In this document: positions 8,442-16,977 of the stretch, in pieces
Layout: the number at the start of each line of letters is the position of its first letter
Position numbering within the stretch: position 1 is the stretch's first letter
NCBI GenBank assembly: GCA_002503285.1
Contig: DARI01000013.1
Coordinates: 8,337 to 72,336, forward strand
DNA from: Euryarchaeota archaeon UBA557
Lineage (GTDB): Archaea > Thermoplasmatota > Poseidoniia > Poseidoniales > Thalassarchaeaceae
Direction: 5' to 3'
Length of the DNA: 64,000 bases
Translations under genes and position numbers: made by a program
The notes under the pieces: model-generated
Database searches by the model: none
Seen by the model: the letters and a program-made list of their open reading frames with translations, nothing else
What the model was told of the DNA's origin: nothing

Positions 8442-8887
8442 AAGATGACGTCGTCATGAGATTACTACGAGATGTTAGTCTCGGAAAGGTATCTGTTGAA
8501 GAAGCCAGGGAAGCACTAGAAGGCATTGATATTTCAGAAGAGAATTATGTAAGGGCAGTTGATCATGGAGTATTTAATATGCCGAAACCGGGAACCATAG
8601 TAAGGGCCAGTATATCGCCCTCTGGCGATTCTTGGTTGATCATCCTAGTAGGATTATGGGGCATAGTCTGGACATTATTTTGGGGAGGATCATTATCATA
8701 CGGATTATACAATCATTGGAATCAACAAATGCTTGCATTTGATTTAGCGATGACCTTGTTGACTATCATAATCATGGGAATCGTGTACCTAAAATATGTT
8801 ATGCCAGACGTAGTAGTTGTAAAGCACAGAAGAAACAAATACATAACAAGGAATGATCCTGAGGCTTGGAAAAAATACGAGGCATGA
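8438..8887 (+). CDS. Small membrane protein: soluble N-terminal helical segment plus 2-3 TM helices
   Basis: The ORF overlaps both flanking genes, giving an operon layout. The hydrophobic segments are WLIILVGLWGIVWTLFWGG and LAFDLAMTLLTIIIMGIVYL. The track start is TTG; an ATG lies at 8456. Confidence 0.5.
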   Translation: MKDDVVMRLLRDVSLGKVSVEEAREALEGIDISEENYVRAVDHGVFNMPKPGTIVRASISPSGDSWLIILVGLWGIVWTLFWGGSLSYGLYNHWNQQMLAFDLAMTLLTIIIMGIVYLKYVMPDVVVVKHRRNKYITRNDPEAWKKYEA

Positions 8888-9735
8888 CCATGGCTAGAAG
8901 ATTCAAATTACGTCCTTTACCTAATGACTCCAATGATAATAAAGAATCACTAAAGATGATAGATCGAAGGGAGTTTATGAGGCTTTCATTTAATACGGCC
9001 GCCGGACTAATCACAGTGGCAAGTATCGGAAGTGTTGGTTTCGCATCACTATTAATGGGACAACCAGAGGCAGATGGAGGAGATACGGCAGTTAGGTTTT
9101 GGGTTCCTTCAGGAGCAGAAGATACGGCTTGGTTTGGAGATCGCCATCTTGAGCCTATGAGTTACAGCGCATTTCAGACTGCAGCTGCCAATACCAAAAC
9201 AGGAATGATAGGTGCTCAAGGAGTCTGGTCAGGATTACCTGTTAACGTAGTTTATGTTCCTCATGAAGAAAATAAAGACTTACCCCTAGTACCTGATAAA
9301 CCAAGATTTCAATACCTGGAGGGTTACGATTTAGGAGGAAAATATGTTGGTTCGGGAAGAGAAGTAGAAGATGATTCAACATATTCCACATTATCAATTC
9401 ATGACAATATGATAATAATATTTTCAAGATGCCCTCATCTCTGTTGTATACCGGGATGGCAATTAGTAACCAATAATTACACAGGAGATACTTGGGCATC
9501 AGGAGGAACGGATTCTGGAGGCGATAAATTATTTTGTATCTGCCATTCCAGTAGATTTGATCCAACAGCGATTGAGAAAAATAGCATGGGAAGAGGAGTC
9601 CCATTTGATTTCATTGGAGTAAGAAGAACTGGTGGGCCTGCACCTAATGGAATGCCCTTAATCCCGTTTGTAGTAAATGGAGATATTATTGAGGCATTAC
9701 CGGATTTTAAAGACTGGTATGCATATTGTGGTTGA
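8866..9735 (+). CDS. Rieske [2Fe-2S] protein with a twin-arginine signal
   Basis: The Tat-like motif is DRREFMRLSFNTAAGLITVA. Rieske box I is CPHLCC (C-x-H-x-x-C) and box II is CICHSS (C-x-C-H-x-S), with both disulfide cysteines present. The start is uncertain (ATG at 8884 or 8956). Confidence 0.85.
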   Translation: MEKIRGMTMARRFKLRPLPNDSNDNKESLKMIDRREFMRLSFNTAAGLITVASIGSVGFASLLMGQPEADGGDTAVRFWVPSGAEDTAWFGDRHLEPMSYSAFQTAAANTKTGMIGAQGVWSGLPVNVVYVPHEENKDLPLVPDKPRFQYLEGYDLGGKYVGSGREVEDDSTYSTLSIHDNMIIIFSRCPHLCCIPGWQLVTNNYTGDTWASGGTDSGGDKLFCICHSSRFDPTAIEKNSMGRGVPFDFIGVRRTGGPAPNGMPLIPFVVNGDIIEALPDFKDWYAYCG

Positions 9736-9746
9736 GGTAGATAAAG

Positions 9747-10613
9747 ATGATTCAATTTTGGTTCTTATGGCTTTTTATTGCAATAGTAGTTGTCATCGTA
9801 GCATTTACTTTACGAAAAGAAAGGGACGATATGCCCAGAAAGGACATATTAAGGGCAGTAGAAAGTAATGCTAGCAATATGGGTTTAGCCGAAAAATTAT
9901 TTTTATGGGCTTTTTCATGGTTAGATACGAGATTTAGAATACAAGATTATTGGGGGATGAGCAGAGATGCATTTCATAGCGTTCACAGGCAGATGCCCCT
10001 TACTCATGCAGAAAAATATAAATTGAGGATTATTTGGTATTGGTACCCACTTTATTGTTTGGGCGGTATTTCATTTTTAGCGTTTATAATATTGGTAATT
10101 ACAGGATCTATACTTGGCCTTTATTATGTACCAGGAGGAGAAGGTGATCCGACTCCTGCATACAGTAGCCTCGAATTTATTATGACTACACTACCATTTG
10201 GATATATAATAAGGTCGATTCACCATTGGACAACTCATTTTATGGTTGCAGCAGTATTCTTACACATGTGTAGAGTTTACTTTACTGGAGCATATAGGAA
10301 TCCTAGAGAATTAAATTGGTTAATAGGAGTTGCATTGATGTTCTTCACAATATTCTTTGGATATTCTGGATATTTGCTCCCCTGGGATAGTTTGGCATTT
10401 GGGGCTGCTACTATTGGAATAAATATGGCAACATCCACTCCTTTAATTGGAGAATGGATGGCTAACATACTATTTGCAGGGTCCACATTATCTGGACAAA
10501 CAGTAACTAGAATGTACTTTTTACATGTCTTTATATTACCAGTCCTAGTAACCGCTTTAATATTAGTTCATTTATTCATAGTTTGGGTTCAAGGGATTGC
10601 TGAACCGCATTAA
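9747..10613 (+). CDS. Cytochrome b6-type subunit (four-helix cytochrome b N-terminal half) with an extra N-terminal TM
   Basis: The product is colinear with plastid and cyanobacterial cytochrome b6: LYCLGGISFLAF..., IRSIHHWTTHFMVAAVFLHMCRVYFTGAYRNPRELNW, GYLLPWD, TVTRMYFLHVFILPVLVTALILVHLF, ending ...QGIAEPH. Both haem-ligand histidine pairs are present. GAGGT lies upstream of the ATG. Confidence 0.85.
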   Translation: MIQFWFLWLFIAIVVVIVAFTLRKERDDMPRKDILRAVESNASNMGLAEKLFLWAFSWLDTRFRIQDYWGMSRDAFHSVHRQMPLTHAEKYKLRIIWYWYPLYCLGGISFLAFIILVITGSILGLYYVPGGEGDPTPAYSSLEFIMTTLPFGYIIRSIHHWTTHFMVAAVFLHMCRVYFTGAYRNPRELNWLIGVALMFFTIFFGYSGYLLPWDSLAFGAATIGINMATSTPLIGEWMANILFAGSTLSGQTVTRMYFLHVFILPVLVTALILVHLFIVWVQGIAEPH

Positions 10614-10624
10614 GAGGTATTTAA

Positions 10625-13408
10625 ATGGGATTAATAGATAGATTTGGAAGGATAGCTGATACATATGTCAGCGAAAGGGACCATTTAATTGAAGCGGAAC
10701 AAGAACGAAGAAGAGTTTTTGTAGGCCACTCTTTTTGGCCTACAGAAGTATTAAGAGATACAATAATCCTAGCCAGTATGGTCATGGTAATATGTTTCTA
10801 TTCATGGATTGTTCCTCCACCCCTGCATAGTGCTGCAGATCCATTTGCTCAAGCGGGATTTGTATTTCCGGATTGGTATGTATTATTCTCATACGGATAC
10901 CTACGATGGGGCGAATACCTACCTCAGTACACAATTCCAGCAGGCCCAATTGGTGATTTCTTTGGTCAGCCATTTATTTATTGGAATGCAGCATGGTGGG
11001 GCGCGGCAATAACTGGCATCCCAGTAGGAATATTGGCCCTACCTCCATTCATAATAGGTAAAAGAGAAAAAAGAGGCGTTGAAGATCCTTGGTTTGCTAG
11101 TGCAGGAGCAGCTTATTTAGCACATGTATGGTTTATTTCCGTATTCTCCATAAATATATTCTTAGAATTATATGCAAAAGATTTGACCAATTATTGCTTT
11201 AAAGATTCTCACGATTATTTCTTCTGCGGCCGACAGGCTCCTTGGACTGCTACGATATTTAATGCCATTCCTTGGATATTATCTGCCTTTTTCTTATTTG
11301 TGATTTTATATTTCGTCACAAGAAAATTTTTGCTAAATACGATGGGTGCTAGAGTTACTCCATCGCTCGGAAAACAAGTCACAATAGGTACCATAATTAT
11401 TACAGTACTTATCTCAACTGTAACTTGGCCGATATATGAAGGCGGGTTTTGGGATTATGGAGGTTTAGGTGCAATGGATGATATCTCACAATTAGATGAA
11501 ATGCGAGACCAGCCACAAGATACATTAGTCCAATATGGTCAAGGAAATGTTTGGGATACATGGGAAGATGAATGTTTATCAAATGAAGAAAGTTTCGGTC
11601 TAGGAGTCTGGGAAAACATAAATCCAGAAGATTTTGAAGAATGGTGCGTGATACCTGCATCTAATTGGATAGACTGGTCCATCTATCAACCGACAAAGTT
11701 CACTTTAATTGATTATTCTGGCGTCAATGGGCATGCAGATTATAACACTGGACAAAATCAAGCATTTTCAGAAATGACATATGTCGGAAATTCTGATGAA
11801 ACAGAAGTAAGTATTTCATCTTTCGAATCTTTTACAGTGGAAGATTTTGGTGTAAGCGAATTGCCCACCGATATTGGATGTAATTTTAGAACAAGTACAT
11901 ACGGAGCAGGAGATCATCAGCAGACAGTATATTTAACTAATTCAATTAATGAAGAAGTTTGGAGAATGAAAGGGGAAACTTGTTCACTAGAAACAATTTA
12001 TCTTAATTCAGGAGAAACATACACAATCTATTTTGAAACAACTTCAAATTCAGTTAATGAATCAATTACAATGATTACAGATTTTTCAGCTACGGCATAT
12101 CAACCATTATTATTGGCAGAAGATGGGACAGCCCTAATCAGATCTTCCAGTATTTTAACAGTGGATGAAATGAAAGAACTATCAATAGAGAATCCAACTT
12201 ATCATAAGAATCCCAAGAGTCTGGATGCCAAATTAATATACTCATTATTCATACCTTGCTTAGGAGTCGGGGCGATGGTCTTTATGTTAATGAGAAGTAT
12301 GGCAAGGGGATATGAATGGGAAATGAACAAATGTTATGGCTGTGATCTTTGCGATGATGCATGCCCCGTAAGGTTGTTTAATGCAGGAGATAAATTAAAT
12401 ATAATTTATAATACATGGAATAATGAAGATGATGGAGTTCCCCTATATTCTTGTTTGACTTGTAGTGCATGTACAAATGCCTGCCCTCAATTAGTAGATT
12501 ATGATTCATATGTAGATATTCGAAGAAATTTGATTGTAGGAGGGCCCCCTGCAGCTGAGATACCCCATACAGTACTGCAAGCAGTACTGGCCGCCGAGGC
12601 GGACGAGGATGAAGCATTTATTCCTACAGCTGATTATCCAATAGATTCCAATATTGGCTATTATCCAGGATGCGTAGACTACATAGATCAAGAAATGGTA
12701 TTTAGCCATGTAAATGAAGGTACCATGAATCTTGGAGAAACAACTACTGCAGCATTCACGCTATTCGAAGAGTTAGGGCAAGATGTTACTTATTTAGGAA
12801 GGGATTTCTTGAAATGTTGTGGTCACGACCAAAAGTGGCAAGGATTATCAGAAGTATTTGAAAAGCTAAAAGGATATAATCAAAAGAAAATTGGGGAAAG
12901 TGGAATTGATACATTAGTAACATCATGTGCCGAATGTTTCAGAACCTTCGCATTAGATTATGAATTAGAAGACATGAAGGTTATGCATACAACCGAATTC
13001 TTGACTGAAAATGGATTTGACATGGAATTAAAAACTGAGGATGACATAACAGTAACTTACCACGATCCTTGCAGAATTGGTAGACAAATGAATTTGTATG
13101 ACGAGCCAAGAAACTTAGTAGAATCAATTGAAGGAGTGTCTTTAGTAGAGATGGAACATAATAAAGAAGACGGATTATGCTGTGGAGTTTCCAGTATGAT
13201 GTCATGCAATGAAAACAGTAGAGGTTTACGACTTCAAAGGTTTGATGAAGTTAAAGCCACAGGTGCGGATATCATGCTAACAACATGTCCAAAATGTGTA
13301 AGTCACTTTGAATGTTTAAAATTTGAGGGTGATCCAAGACATGATTTTGAAATATTAGACGTAGTCAGTTTCTTAGCAAGGCAAGTAAATGCAAAAAATA
13401 AAGTTTAA
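10625..13408 (+). CDS. Fusion: b6f subunit-IV-like (cytochrome b C-terminal) membrane domain, ~270-aa exported acidic domain, a TM, then a cytoplasmic HdrD/GlpC-like 2x[4Fe-4S] + 2xCCG module
   Basis: The N-terminus reads FWPTEVLRDTIILASMVMV...AADPFAQAGFVFPDWYVLFSYGYLRW, the PEWY-type ef-loop of subunit IV. The C-terminus has CYGCDLCDDACP and CLTCSACTNACP, two CxxCxxCxxxCP motifs. These are followed by YYPGC...KCCGH, YHDPC...LCCGV and TTCPKC, i.e. two CCG domains. GAGGT lies upstream of the ATG, 11 nt after the cyt b6 stop. Confidence 0.8.
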   Translation: MGLIDRFGRIADTYVSERDHLIEAEQERRRVFVGHSFWPTEVLRDTIILASMVMVICFYSWIVPPPLHSAADPFAQAGFVFPDWYVLFSYGYLRWGEYLPQYTIPAGPIGDFFGQPFIYWNAAWWGAAITGIPVGILALPPFIIGKREKRGVEDPWFASAGAAYLAHVWFISVFSINIFLELYAKDLTNYCFKDSHDYFFCGRQAPWTATIFNAIPWILSAFFLFVILYFVTRKFLLNTMGARVTPSLGKQVTIGTIIITVLISTVTWPIYEGGFWDYGGLGAMDDISQLDEMRDQPQDTLVQYGQGNVWDTWEDECLSNEESFGLGVWENINPEDFEEWCVIPASNWIDWSIYQPTKFTLIDYSGVNGHADYNTGQNQAFSEMTYVGNSDETEVSISSFESFTVEDFGVSELPTDIGCNFRTSTYGAGDHQQTVYLTNSINEEVWRMKGETCSLETIYLNSGETYTIYFETTSNSVNESITMITDFSATAYQPLLLAEDGTALIRSSSILTVDEMKELSIENPTYHKNPKSLDAKLIYSLFIPCLGVGAMVFMLMRSMARGYEWEMNKCYGCDLCDDACPVRLFNAGDKLNIIYNTWNNEDDGVPLYSCLTCSACTNACPQLVDYDSYVDIRRNLIVGGPPAAEIPHTVLQAVLAAEADEDEAFIPTADYPIDSNIGYYPGCVDYIDQEMVFSHVNEGTMNLGETTTAAFTLFEELGQDVTYLGRDFLKCCGHDQKWQGLSEVFEKLKGYNQKKIGESGIDTLVTSCAECFRTFALDYELEDMKVMHTTEFLTENGFDMELKTEDDITVTYHDPCRIGRQMNLYDEPRNLVESIEGVSLVEMEHNKEDGLCCGVSSMMSCNENSRGLRLQRFDEVKATGADIMLTTCPKCVSHFECLKFEGDPRHDFEILDVVSFLARQVNAKNKV

Positions 13409-13683
13409 TTAAATGCGAAATATGCTGAGATTAATGATAGTATAGCATTTAATAAAATTCCTATCAATGTGAGTTTTGCTACTTGTTTATTTTGATAACC
13501 TAGTGCTGTTAACCACAAGAATAACCCTATCAAGCCGCCGCATGCAAATGATATCCATGCAGCCTCTAAACTCAAGAATAACATCATAAAAAGCCAAATG
13601 AATACTCCTTGAAATAATGATAATAGAGATAAGGGATTTAAAAAATATTTCTTGAGATCATCCATAGACATCCGAGGTAACAC
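13405..13683 (-). CDS. Small hydrophobic membrane protein, function unknown
   Basis: The 92-aa ORF has three hydrophobic helices. It is convergent with the fusion gene, and the stops overlap by 4 nt. Confidence 0.4.
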   Translation of the reverse strand: MLPRMSMDDLKKYFLNPLSLLSLFQGVFIWLFMMLFLSLEAAWISFACGGLIGLFLWLTALGYQNKQVAKLTLIGILLNAILSLISAYFAFN

Positions 13684-13702
13684 AGAGCAATGAAACTGAC
13701 GA

Positions 13703-14080
13703 TTGATAAAGGAAGGGCATCTGAAGTTAAACGAAGGAGCATTAAGAGTGACGAATCGTGACGACTTGACCGTGAGGAGAAATTCTCAACAAAGAAGAAT
13801 CAGGATGATGATGAATGCTGTTAAATCTGAAGAAAGAGCGAAACTAAAAGGCGGCCCTGAAGCTGTAGCATGGGTAAAAGAAGAATTATGCATTGGTTGT
13901 GATCAATGCACAATTGTATGTGATGATGATGCAATAGAAATATATCATACTCCTTTAAAAAGCCCAATAATGAACGTAGATAATAATAAAAAAGCAAAGG
14001 TCTTGAGAGATCCCTGTACAGGTTGTAAGTTATGTGTGTTGGCTTGTCCAACTGATGCGATAGTAATGATAGATAGGTGA
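13703..14080 (+). CDS. 2x[4Fe-4S] ferredoxin
   Basis: The cluster motifs are CIGCDQCTIVCDDDAI and CTGCKLCVLACPTDAI. The track start is TTG; the likely ATG is at 13805 (MMMNAVK...), giving about 92 aa. Confidence 0.75.
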   Translation: MIKEGHLKLNEGALRVTNRDDLTVRRNSQQRRIRMMMNAVKSEERAKLKGGPEAVAWVKEELCIGCDQCTIVCDDDAIEIYHTPLKSPIMNVDNNKKAKVLRDPCTGCKLCVLACPTDAIVMIDR

Positions 14081-14084
14081 AATT

Positions 14085-14378
14085 ATGAGTGAAAAAGATC
14101 CATTGAGATTTGGAGCAGAATTTGGTCCAAAGGGCATAAATAACCCTAGCGGTGTTTCATTATCAACATTTAAGACATTAGTATGGGTATCAAATCTTGG
14201 CGGATTAATATTATTTGCGATAGGATTAGAGTTAATGGTAGTTCAACAATTATTTGGAATTGGATTATTATGCCTAATTGCAGGCGTGATCATAGCATTA
14301 TTTCCATCAAATTATGAAATTACAGGAATGGAGGAGTTATCTGATTCCATTAAATTGAATACTCAAGGTGAGGAGTAA
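14085..14378 (+). CDS. Small membrane protein (two TM helices)
   Basis: GGTGA lies upstream of the ATG, which is 4 nt after the ferredoxin stop. The hydrophobic segments are LVWVSNLGGLILFAIGL and LFGIGLLCLIAGVIIALF. Confidence 0.4.
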   Translation: MSEKDPLRFGAEFGPKGINNPSGVSLSTFKTLVWVSNLGGLILFAIGLELMVVQQLFGIGLLCLIAGVIIALFPSNYEITGMEELSDSIKLNTQGEE

Positions 14379-14877
14379 ATTAAACATGCCTGAACATGGA
14401 GTTAGAAACATAGAAACACCAATTGGTAACTTGTCAATACATGCAACTAATGATGGAATTTGTAAAGTATCATCTGAATACAAAATTGAAAATAATAAAA
14501 TTGGAATATATCATTTAGATCAGGCAGAAAAGTGGTTTAGTGGATATTTTAAAAAAAAAATATTTGATTTTCCAAAATTTGATTTTTCAAACTTATCGAA
14601 CTTTGGATTAGTAGTTACAAGTACACTTCTTGAAAACGTTGAATTTGGAAATACTTCTTCATATTCGGAATTGTCATTGACCGCAAATAAACCAGGTTCA
14701 AGCAGAGCAGTCGGGACAATAATGAAGAATAATTCATTGCCAATCATCATTCCTTGCCATAGAATAATAAAAAAAAATAATCACATTGGAAATTATAATT
14801 TTAATAAAGGGATAGATACAAAAGGCTGGCTATTGATGCATGAAGGATTAAAAATCCGGGATAGTCATGTAATTTAA
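14368..14877 (+). CDS. ogt: Methylated-DNA--protein-cysteine methyltransferase (O6-alkylguanine-DNA alkyltransferase)
   Basis: The C-terminal domain reads SYSELS...GSSRAVGTIMKNNSLPIIIPCHRII, which contains the PCHR active site. The track start is GTG. An ATG at 14386 is preceded by GGTGAGGAG. Confidence 0.8.
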   Translation: MRSKLNMPEHGVRNIETPIGNLSIHATNDGICKVSSEYKIENNKIGIYHLDQAEKWFSGYFKKKIFDFPKFDFSNLSNFGLVVTSTLLENVEFGNTSSYSELSLTANKPGSSRAVGTIMKNNSLPIIIPCHRIIKKNNHIGNYNFNKGIDTKGWLLMHEGLKIRDSHVI

Positions 14878-14879
14878 AT

Positions 14880-16742
14880 TCAACTAGGCCATAAACTTAC
14901 ATCATCTAATATATCTAATGTATTTTTATTGGTTGGCGGATTGTCTCTTTGAGTTAGATGGATCGAATGAAATAATCTTAATCCAATGGCCATATCTGGC
15001 TGTTTTAATAATTGCTCAGTAAGAATTCCATAATCATGTGCCCATTCTTTAGCATGAGGCTTCAACTCATTCATAAATGAATTAAATAATGATGGAGAGG
15101 TCGCGGTACCAGCTGGCATTTTTGGCCTATTAATAATTCGACTAGGGAGCCCAGATAGTTTTGCTGCTTCCCTTAATGCCATTTTTTCAGTAGAATCTGA
15201 TATTTTCCAATCCATAGGTATTTTATGAGACTCATCTCTATGTTTTTTCCCCAGAAATGGGACGCGAACTTCCATGCCAAAGCACATACTATGTCTATCT
15301 GCTAATCGTAATTGAAAATTCGATAGTTGCCCTCTATCAATTTCAAACTGGAGTGTTTTTTGTAATGTATCGTAATTCTCACCTAAAAAAATATTTTTAT
15401 CTTTCCAAGGCATACCTGGTCCTGAATGAATTTCGGGCAATACATCATTATCGATTAAATTAAGTCTCTCCTTAATAATATTTGAATGTTTTTTGATATT
15501 CTTAAATCTCGAATATCCAGCATGTAGTTCGTCAGCACCTTGTCCACATAGTCCAACTTTGACGCTTTTTGACATATGGGAAAATAGAGGTTGCCAAAAT
15601 AAGACTGATAAATCTAATTCTTCTCCATAATATGAAAATTTAGGGAGTTCTTCCCAAAAAATATTGTCATCCATAATACTCGAATTTAATTTTAAATCAT
15701 TTTCTTGAGCTACGAATTGCGCGGCAAGAAAATCAGGATTATCTTCGCTCCCGGCTATAGTCCAACATTCAGGGGCTGCAATGCCACTATTATTTGCAAT
15801 GTTTTTTGAAAGAGCGGCTATTAAACTTGAGTCTAATCCTCCAGATAAAACAATCCCTATTGGAACATCGGACATTAATCTATCATCTACACTAGATTCT
15901 AAACTATTAAGTAATATTTTAGCATGCTTGGAAGGTGTCCAAATTTTTGAAGGAGAAATTATATCTTTCGAATAAGTGCTTACTCCTGTCAAGACTGCCC
16001 GTCCATTTGAATCCATTGACCATGTTTCCACAGTGCCAGGTGAAACTTGGCTAACACCTTCGAAAAGAGTAGTGTTGTCCACAGTATATTCATATGATAA
16101 CCTAGCGTGAAGTGATAAGATATCAGGTTTAGGAATAAAATCTGGATGCATAAAAAATGCTTTTATTTCTGATGCGAACATTAAACTTCCATCCCGTAGA
16201 ATAGTTCGAAATAATGGCTTTACGCCCATGGGATCCCTAGCGAGTATTAATTCGCGTTTGAGAGGATTCCAAATTGAAAAACCAAAAACACCATCTAATT
16301 TAGAAACCCAAATATTATGTTTACTGGCAGGGTTATTAATATCTGAGTAATTAGGCGTATGTCTAATAATATTATTTAATTTTCCAATAGGTACAGAGTT
16401 TGGTATATTCGGATTTAAATTATATTTATCATGTAATGCAAGTATTACTTCTGCATCTCCATTAGTCCTCCATGGGAAATTTGAAATCTCTGATTTAATG
16501 TTTTTATAATTATAAATTTCACCATTTTGGACTAGAACAGATGAATTATCGGATAATATTGGTTGTTTCGACCCAGATAAATCAATTATGGATAATCTAG
16601 AATGGCTCAGTGCAACCGACCCTCCATCTATATGTTCAGAAAAGGAGCTTATCCCATCTGGACCTCTATGAGAAATACAGGATGCCATAGCTGCAGTGAT
16701 TGATGAATCAGCATTACCAAAAAGACCAGATATTCCACACAT
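14880..16742 (-). CDS. asnB: Asparagine synthase (glutamine-hydrolysing) family amidotransferase
   Basis: The N-terminal MCGISG is the class II amidotransferase nucleophile. The PP-loop reads VLSGGLDSSLIAAL. The length is 620 aa. Confidence 0.9.
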   Translation of the reverse strand: MCGISGLFGNADSSITAAMASCISHRGPDGISSFSEHIDGGSVALSHSRLSIIDLSGSKQPILSDNSSVLVQNGEIYNYKNIKSEISNFPWRTNGDAEVILALHDKYNLNPNIPNSVPIGKLNNIIRHTPNYSDINNPASKHNIWVSKLDGVFGFSIWNPLKRELILARDPMGVKPLFRTILRDGSLMFASEIKAFFMHPDFIPKPDILSLHARLSYEYTVDNTTLFEGVSQVSPGTVETWSMDSNGRAVLTGVSTYSKDIISPSKIWTPSKHAKILLNSLESSVDDRLMSDVPIGIVLSGGLDSSLIAALSKNIANNSGIAAPECWTIAGSEDNPDFLAAQFVAQENDLKLNSSIMDDNIFWEELPKFSYYGEELDLSVLFWQPLFSHMSKSVKVGLCGQGADELHAGYSRFKNIKKHSNIIKERLNLIDNDVLPEIHSGPGMPWKDKNIFLGENYDTLQKTLQFEIDRGQLSNFQLRLADRHSMCFGMEVRVPFLGKKHRDESHKIPMDWKISDSTEKMALREAAKLSGLPSRIINRPKMPAGTATSPSLFNSFMNELKPHAKEWAHDYGILTEQLLKQPDMAIGLRLFHSIHLTQRDNPPTNKNTLDILDDVSLWPS

Positions 16743-16815
16743 AGTAAATTACCATCCTTAATTTATTCATAATTACATTCAAATAATAGTCATACCGAAC
16801 TTTGAAAATAGGAAT

Positions 16816-16843
16816 ATATTAATCAGAAGAATCTGATTAATAT
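16816..16843 (-). terminator. Perfect 12-bp inverted repeat with a 4-nt loop (ATATTAATCAGA-AGAA-TCTGATTAATAT), a candidate terminator hairpin
   Basis: Read directly from the sequence. On the minus strand a TTTT run follows within ~10 nt. The hairpin lies downstream of the 16978-17598 gene and upstream of asnB. Confidence 0.3.
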
Positions 16844-16927
16844 TAACAGAGAAGCAGCAGATGCTATTGCCCAAATAAACATATATGCATTTTGTGATAA
16901 TTCCGAGTCGTCTTCTTTAGGAGCCAT
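16823..16927 (-). CDS. Possible 34-aa single-TM micro-protein (MAPKEDDSELSQNAYMFIWAIASAASLLILIRFF)
   Basis: Hand translation, ATG at 16927 to TGA at 16823. The ORF is below the track size cut-off. It has an acidic head and a hydrophobic tail, and its stop lies inside the hairpin. There is no further support. Confidence 0.2.
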   Translation of the reverse strand: MAPKEDDSELSQNAYMFIWAIASAASLLILIRFF

Positions 16928-16977
16928 GTTATATTCATTGGAACGCAAATTGTCATGTAAAGATGACGGATAGATAA

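Noticed and set aside
14551-14777. A10 (14551-14560) and A9 (14769-14777) homopolymers inside ogt as possible slippage or phase-variation sites
   Set aside because: Poly-A runs of 8 nt encoding Lys stretches occur in other genes of this AT-rich window, for example in rnhB. There is no frameshifted reading frame or other sign of switching.
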